A stretch of DNA of 64,000 nucleotides, from positions 59,830,001 through 59,894,000 of the forward strand of contig OZ024748.1 in the NCBI GenBank assembly GCA_964016885.1, written 5' to 3'. The position numbers were made by a program, and so were the translations under genes. The notes beneath the pieces are model-generated. The model did not search any database. It had not been told where the DNA came from and was given only the letters and a program-made list of their open reading frames with translations. Origin of the DNA: Eledone cirrhosa (Eukaryota). Shown one piece after another: positions 55,630-64,000 of this stretch; position 1 is the stretch's first letter, and each line of letters opens with the position of its first letter.

Positions 55630-55955
55630 ATATAATAATAATATTAGGAATAACAACAATAAGAGAGAAATAACAACTACTATAATAATTAGTAATGATC
55701 ATATAAGATATTCCATAGTAAACAGCAGATAGGAAAAAACACAATAAAATAAAAAATAAATCATTTGTTTTATTAATGGTGGCCGACTTAAATATTATTA
55801 TAAAAGACTAACAAGGAAGGAAAAAATGAATAAAAAATGTCTGAGGGAAAAAAGTATATAAACTAAATAAATGAATAAATATATAGATTAATAAATAAGT
55901 TAAAGATATAATATATATATATATGTATGTATGTATATATAAATATATATATGTA

Positions 55956-55999
<44 letters not shown>

Positions 56000-56011
56000 T
56001 ATATATATATG

Positions 56012-56096
<85 letters not shown>

Positions 56097-56147
56097 TTTT
56101 ATATATATAAATAAATATATATGTATATATATATATATGTATATATG

Positions 56148-56179
<32 letters not shown>

Positions 56180-56217
56180 TATACATATTTGTTATATATA
56201 TATCAATATATATATGT

Positions 56218-56266
<49 letters not shown>

Positions 56267-56327
56267 TATATATATGTATATATACTTACATACATATTTG
56301 GTATATATAAATACGCGCACACACGCA

Positions 56328-56456
<129 letters not shown>

Positions 56457-56769
56457 TTAACAATAACAAAATAAAGATTCAAGTGAAAATAACGAAGTAT
56501 AATGACATTTGTTTTATGAAGTTATAATGGCGGATACTTCAAAAGATAGAGTAGCAATTGATATAGAAGGATTTATTGTGTACGAGATCACGAAAATGGT
56601 GGCTGCCTTCTCCCGTTGAAAATAATCTAATAGTGAAAGTGAAAGTAGAACTGAAGTTGAAGACAGCGAACGTTGAGGATATCATTGAATGCTGATGTTG
56701 AAGGTGTTTTTAATCGTGCTTAGAGAGGCGTTGGCATTTTCAGCCAGCACACGTAAATATGTATGTATG

Positions 56770-56803
<34 letters not shown>

Positions 56804-57170
56804 TGTATGTATGTATGTATGTATGTATGTATGTATGTATGTATGTATGTGTGTATGTATGAATGTGTGTATTATGTATATATGTTTGTGTGTAATTACG
56901 TATGTACGTATGTATGTATATGTGTTATTATGCATACATGCATGTATGTATGTATGTATGTATGTGTATGCATGCTTGGATGTATATATGTGTATGCACA
57001 TATTTATATATATCTATATATATATATATATATATATTAAGACAGGGGGGAAGAAAAAATGGCTTCACTTGTGCTTTCAACAAATTTATTTTCTTCACAA
57101 AATCCAAAAAGAATTTTTCTTAAAAAAAATTATTTTATAAATTAAGTTGTTGGTATATATATATACACAC

Positions 57171-57202
<32 letters not shown>

Positions 57203-57358
57203 GTATATCCACACACACACATATGTATGTATGTATGTGTGTATTATGTATATATGTTTGTGTGTAATTACGTATGCACGTATGTATGTATATGTGTTAT
57301 TATGCATGCATGTATGTATGTGTATGCATGCTTGGATGTATATTTGTGTATGCATGTA

Positions 57359-57417
<59 letters not shown>

Positions 57418-58039
57418 TAATTATATATATATATATATATACATGTATGTGAAACTATCTGTCCGTCTCACTCTCTATACATACCTATACATAGGTACAT
57501 ATAAATACACACACGTTCACTCCACCACTCATATCTAATATATACATGTATACACGCAGTATAATTTAATATATTGGGCATAACGTATCACAATGCCTGT
57601 GATGGTTGATATTTTTATGACGTCATTTCCTGTTGACAAAAATAATCACTGCTGATGTCATATTCCATTATTTCCGTATTGTCTGCAGTTTGAAAAGAAA
57701 TGTTCATTTCAATGGCCAGAAACATGAGACATGAAGTTTATTGAACGACCACAATGCCATATTTGATAATTGTCTAGATAGAAATGGAGGAGAGACGGCT
57801 CTTCTCATGGGCAGGGAGGTGGAAAATTGGCAAAAAAAGCTAGAGCGTAGGAAAAACAAAAATTCTTCCAGACGTAGTATAACTAGAACAAAGATTCCGA
57901 ATATTTAAACTACCAAGGAACGCTTTTATTATATTGAATATTCCCAGCGGGGAGAATAATAATTAAGAAAGCGAAATGTTTGTATTTGGAGAAGAATACA
58001 AACCCAATAGTGTTCGTATGTATGTGTTTTTTAATAGAG

Positions 58040-58600
58040 TACTTGAAAATTTGAAGGTAGCTTATAGAGGCGCAGTACAAAAATTGAGCCGCTTCCGGAA
58101 CCAAGGACTACATGTTAACCAAATATTGAAATGTTGATGTAGCTTACAGTACAGGAAACCAAAGACCAGAGATTATCAGGGTACTTGAAATATTGAATTT
58201 AGTTTATGGAGCCCACAGTGCAAACTTTGCGGAGTCTCAGATAACCAAGAACTACGAGTTAACCGAATCTTGAAATATTGAATTTAGTTTATGGAGCCCA
58301 CAGTACAAACTTTGCGGAGTCTCAGACAACCAAGAACTACGGGTTAACCGAGTCTGAAATATTAAATTTAGTTTATGGAGCCCACAGAACATAATTTGCG
58401 GAGCCTCAGACAACCAAGGACTACAGGTTAACCGAGTATTGAAATGTTGAAATTAATTTATGAAGCCCACATTACAAGATTTCGGAGCCACAGTAAACCC
58501 GACACCAGAGGTTAACCGAGTATTGAAATGTTGAATTTAGTTTATGGAGCCTGCAGTCCAAAGTTTGTGGAGTCTTAGGAAACCAAAGACCACAGGTTCG
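58040..58600 (+). repeat. About 84-bp minisatellite, about 6.5 units
   Basis: GAAATATTGAATTTAGTTTATGGAGCCCACAGTACAAACTTTGCGGAGTCTCAGACAACCAAGAACTACGGGTTAACCGAGTCT units. Confidence 0.9.
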
Positions 58601-58930
58601 TAACTAATAATCTTGGGCTACATTACATTATCAGTTGTACAATATGTAGTTTGGTATCGTTACATGTATATATATATATATACACAATTTAGTACAGCAT
58701 CAACGAAGCCATGGTTGCAGCCAAGCTAACGAATGCAGTTTCGGTGTGCAGCTAAGCACTCGATAGGGTATATAACCCTAAAGTTATACCATTACGTTTA
58801 GACAGCTTTGCAAATTGAAGACAGCGACCGATAGAAGGGCCGCGGTGACCATAGCGACGAAAAAGACTGAACTCAGGAAAAATTTGACTAACCTGGACCA
58901 TCACGTCGACATCATATATAACACACACAC

Positions 58931-58961
<31 letters not shown>

Positions 58962-59186
58962 TTCATACACACATACACACATACACACATACACACGCAC
59001 ACATACACACACACACACAAATCTATATCTATATCTATATAGATGTATAGATATATCTCTTTTTAATTGATTTTGTCTTTCTTATGTCTGTGTGTATAAG
59101 TCTCTAAGCTACTTATGTCAATGACTATTATCTATATTAATATTTGCTTGCAAATATATATATATATATTTATATATATATATACA

Positions 59187-59230
<44 letters not shown>

Positions 59231-59281
59231 CATCTATATATATATATATATATATATATAAATTATGTGGATATATCATCG

Positions 59282-59342
59282 TCTCGACTAGTTTCCCGAC
59301 TATACAGATTTTTGTTTCTATTTATCGACAATATTCAAGAAA
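59282..59342 (-). ncRNA. Decayed hammerhead (family R) in island 59261-59356
   Basis: TTTC-TTGAATA-...-GAAA-CTAG-TC-GAGA on the minus strand; palindromic stem III, core positions 3/8 mismatched. Confidence 0.5.
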
Positions 59343-59355
59343 TGTTTATTTACAC

Positions 59356-59460
<105 letters not shown>

Positions 59461-60044
59461 TATATATATAGATATATATAGATATATATATATATCATCA
59501 TCATCATCCTTTAACGTCCGTTTTCCACGCTAGCATGGGTATATATATATATATATATATATATACGCACACATACAGACTTCAATATGTAGATATATAA
59601 AGATACGTACATACACACGCATACAAGTATATATATAATATGTATACGCGCGCGCGTGTGTGTGTGTGTGTGTGTATACTTTAAATATTGATTCTAGAAC
59701 AATACTTGAAAACGAAAATATAAATCAGAAATATCGATCATTAGAGTTGATTGGTTATCTATGTCTGTACACACTATAGTTTGTACGAATCACTTGAAAT
59801 TTTGAACCTAGTATACAGACACACAGTGTTCTGTGTAGCCCATGTTTTGAAACATGGCAGTATAGAATGCAACCTGTATTTTATTTGGAAGACGTTGATC
59901 TCGTTTGTCCCTAAGGCTGCGTTTCTTCACAAATCTTTTCAGACGCGGAATCCTTTTTGTTCAGAAACTTTTGGGGGAACCCCAAAGTCTAATACTGTTA
60001 TATGGTCGTAATAAATACATACATATATACATATCTACAACATA

Positions 60045-60242
60045 CCCTTGGCAGTGGAGACTTCTGGTGTCCTCGGCTCTGGGGCTACGTCCCTACTCAC
60101 CACCATAGGTGCTGAGCTGGCTAGCCGCATGTGTGAGCATCGCGAGCTTGAATGGCTTTTCTAACACGTCTCCCTTGCCGTCCTCCGAGGAAACGCCTTC
60201 TCCATTCTGTCCACCAGGGTTGTGGGGAGGCCACCAATATGA
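60045..60242 (+). pseudogene. CRE-clade non-LTR retrotransposon RLE C-terminal fragment
   Basis: PLAVETSGVLGSGATSLLTTIGAELASRMCEHRELEWLF*HVSLAVLRGNAFSIL matches the PxAVETxG...LSxAVQRGNAxxIL signature; one in-frame stop. Confidence 0.75.
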
Positions 60243-60734
60243 TTGACTGACTTGTCATTTTATCAGTCAGATTAAGTTGTATCTGTAATCCAAAGAGTTA
60301 GCTTTGTCACACATTGTATATCGCTGAATCTTCCCAATAATTTACGCTAATGACATACATACACAGATACATACATAACTGCTTCTACGTCGGTTACGAC
60401 AACGACTGTTCCAGTTAAATGTGAAATTAACGTACTCTTAACCTAGTTCTCAGATACAGACGTGTCGCAATCTTGACCTTCGAATTACAAGTACAACTCG
60501 TTTTTGCAGATCTAAGTGGTCCCAGGTGAGGGGGAGATTTATGGTGTTATACCCTCCTCAGAATAGATGAAATTAGCTATCATTTCATTCAGAGGTTTCT
60601 GTGAATTACAGATAAATAATCTTGAGTATGACCCCCCCCTATCTCTCTCTCTGTTTCTCTCTCCATATATATACATATATTATATACACATATACATATT
60701 TTATATGTATTATATATATATATATCTGTGTGGG

Positions 60735-60796
<62 letters not shown>

Positions 60797-60797
60797 T

Positions 60798-60888
<91 letters not shown>

Positions 60889-60901
60889 GTATATATGTAT
60901 A

Positions 60902-60963
60902 GAGTCCAGAATTAGCCGTCGAAACGGCTTGAGCTCAGCCGTCGGGGTACTACTCATTCCTAT
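60902..60963 (+). mobile_element. PLE family G mini-fragment (3' half of hammerhead)
   Basis: AGTCCAGAATTAGCCGTC-GAAA-CGGCTTGAGCTCAGCCG-TC-GGGGT. Confidence 0.85.
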
Positions 60964-61059
60964 ATACGTATATATATATATATACATATTTTATATGTAT
61001 TATATATATATATATATGTGTGTGGGGGATGTATGTGTGTATATATATATATATGTATT

Positions 61060-61126
<67 letters not shown>

Positions 61127-61218
61127 GTATATATATATATGTATATATGTATATATATATATTTATATGTAAATATATATATATATATACGTATATATAT
61201 ATATATATATATATATAC

Positions 61219-61280
<62 letters not shown>

Positions 61281-61328
61281 GTATATATATGTATATGTAT
61301 ATATGTATATATATGTATGTATATATAT

Positions 61329-61554
<226 letters not shown>

Positions 61555-61854
61555 ATATATATATATATATATCGAGCAGAGGTATTATTGTTTATCTAAT
61601 TAGCTCTTTGAAATCTTACTCAATACTATTTTACAACATTTATCGATCTTTTTCATTTGGTCCGTGCCGTGGGCAGATTCAACTTTTACTTCGTGTTTTT
61701 GTGTTCATAAACAAACAGGACGTCACACACTCGCACACACACACACATATATATATTATATATCTATATATATATGTATATACCTATATTTATATGTATA
61801 TACATATGAATATATTTATATATAAATATTTGTAGGCATGTATCTCTCTATATG

Positions 61855-61885
<31 letters not shown>

Positions 61886-61974
61886 TTCATAAATTTCTGT
61901 GTGGGTGTGTGTATGTATGTATGTTTGCTTGTGTGAACGTGAGTGTTTGTGTGCCAGTGTGCAAGCGTTTGAGT

Positions 61975-62090
61975 GTGTACGTGAGTATACGTGAGTGTAC
62001 GTGAGTGTACGTGTCTGTACGTGAGTGTACGTGAGTGTACGTGAGTGTACGTGTGTGTACGTGAGTGTACGTGAGTGTACGTGAGTGTAT
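61975..62090 (+). repeat. (GTGAGTGTAC)n decamer repeat
   Basis: Direct reading. Confidence 0.9.
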
Positions 62091-62770
62091 GTGTGCATGT
62101 GTTGTCTGTGTGTCTGTGTACGTGCATGTGTTATAATGATTTGCTGGCTTAAGTGATTATGTTCATTAAGCGAGCCGTTAGAAAAAGCCGGATTTTGCAA
62201 CTCATTAGAAAAGGTTTCGTTTGTTAATCAGGTACCCGGAGCTTCTAATTACTCAAATGAGTATATTTGTTAGGGATAATTAACATCAATGTTATACAAT
62301 AGCCTGGAGTGTTCAATTAACAAAAGAACCAACTAGAATGGTGGGAAGGAAGAATAAATAATTAATAGATGGAAAGAATTAAAGTTGTTTTATTATATGA
62401 TGTAATTAAGGAAAATTCGCACGCGTGAAGGAATTCAAATAGACTTTTCTGTTGTTAGGTAAGATACAAAAATATAAAGATATAAAGACATAAATATGTA
62501 CAAAATGGGGTTTTGCTAAAAGCAAAGCTATATTTCAAAGCATTTGGATATTAGTTACTTGGTTTTGTATCCATATAACTAAGACGTCTTTATCTATATA
62601 TTTATATATCTATCTATCTATCTATATATATATATATATAAATGTATATATATATATCTTTATCTATATAGCTATAAATCTATCTATATAGCTATATATT
62701 TATTTATATATCTATAATATACCTATCTATCTATTTGTCTATCTATCTACCCGTCTACTTATCTTTCTAT

Positions 62771-62976
62771 GTGTGACGAAAGCACTTTGACAATATATAA
62801 ACAACCTTCCGGTTATCGAATCAACCAACCAACCGGAAATTTATTCCAAAATAAAGCGGAAACAAACAGGTGCGTGTGTTTTTATTAGCAACATGACCCT
62901 CCCAAAGTATAACAATACCTGTTTCAACACACGTTTTCAGATAAGAAATCTTGCAAAACTAATTCAAAGACAAAGT
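62771..62976 (+). mobile_element. PLE family C diverged 3' end (begins in hammerhead stem II)
   Basis: GTGAC-GAAA-GCAC-TT-TGAC followed by a tail homologous to 5070-5280. Confidence 0.8.
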
Positions 62977-63009
62977 ACATATACGTATACACACACACAT
63001 ATATATATA

Positions 63010-63419
<410 letters not shown>

Positions 63420-63834
63420 ATGTGCATATACTATCAAAATCAGTAGTAATAGGAGTTTATATCGAGATGTCGAGTTGCTCCAACTGTATCCTCTATCCTC
63501 TCTACGGTTATTTGTTTTATTTGCATCGATGGGTTGATCTCAGATAATACATAAAACAAGGTAAATTATACTTGTGCCGTGTGCAGTAGCCTGCTGTAGG
63601 TATTAAAGTTAGCTTCGCTCGGAGCTCAGACAAAATATACAGACGATAAAGAAAATGTCGCATAAAAAATACCGATAACGAATGAAAACAATATACTGGA
63701 GAATATAACTATATATTGTTACAGTTGACAGCAGAGGATTTCTAGGTGAAGATATTGTGTATGCTCTTGTTCTGTGTGTATGTATGTATGTTTGTTTGTG
63801 TGTATGTATGTATGTTTGTTTGTGTGTATGTATG

Positions 63835-63893
<59 letters not shown>

Positions 63894-64000
63894 TAATATG
63901 TACAGTATATATATACATTAATATGTACAGTATATATCAATATTTATATGTAAATCATAAAGAAAATATGTATATACGTATATACGTACGTATTTGTACG

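Noticed and set aside
58710-58770. Possible decayed hammerhead on the minus strand in island 58690-58912
   Set aside because: Core CTATCGA and cleavage triplet too divergent.

Overview
AT-rich, microsatellite-saturated eukaryotic (metazoan) DNA, intergenic or intronic; the SINE sequences suggest an octopus/cephalopod genome (inference, not verified). I cannot support any host protein-coding exon: nearly all ORFs in the track are translations of (TA)n, (CA)n, (CACCA)n, (ATG)n or (AAC)n repeats. Real coding remnants are all transposon-derived: a Penelope-like (Neptune-type) Cys-linker + GIY-YIG C-terminus (52575-53221), two CRE-clade RLE C-terminal fragments, an RTE-type C2H2 finger in a 3-copy 0.6-kb non-autonomous element, and a Tx1/L1-like 3' end. 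The main observation is that many short non-microsatellite islands embedded in (TA)n tracts are 3'-terminal pieces of about 15 different Penelope-like families. Each family carries its own type I hammerhead ribozyme (over 25 full or partial motifs, found by eye), and many are arranged as fold-back (sense + antisense) pairs. Several families carry non-canonical catalytic cores: a U3-A8 covariant (TTGANAA) and a recurrent U4A (CAGAAGA). tRNA-derived SINEs, a mariner MITE, Helitron ends and minisatellites complete the window. Family letters are my own labels; coordinates were read by eye and may be off by a few bases.
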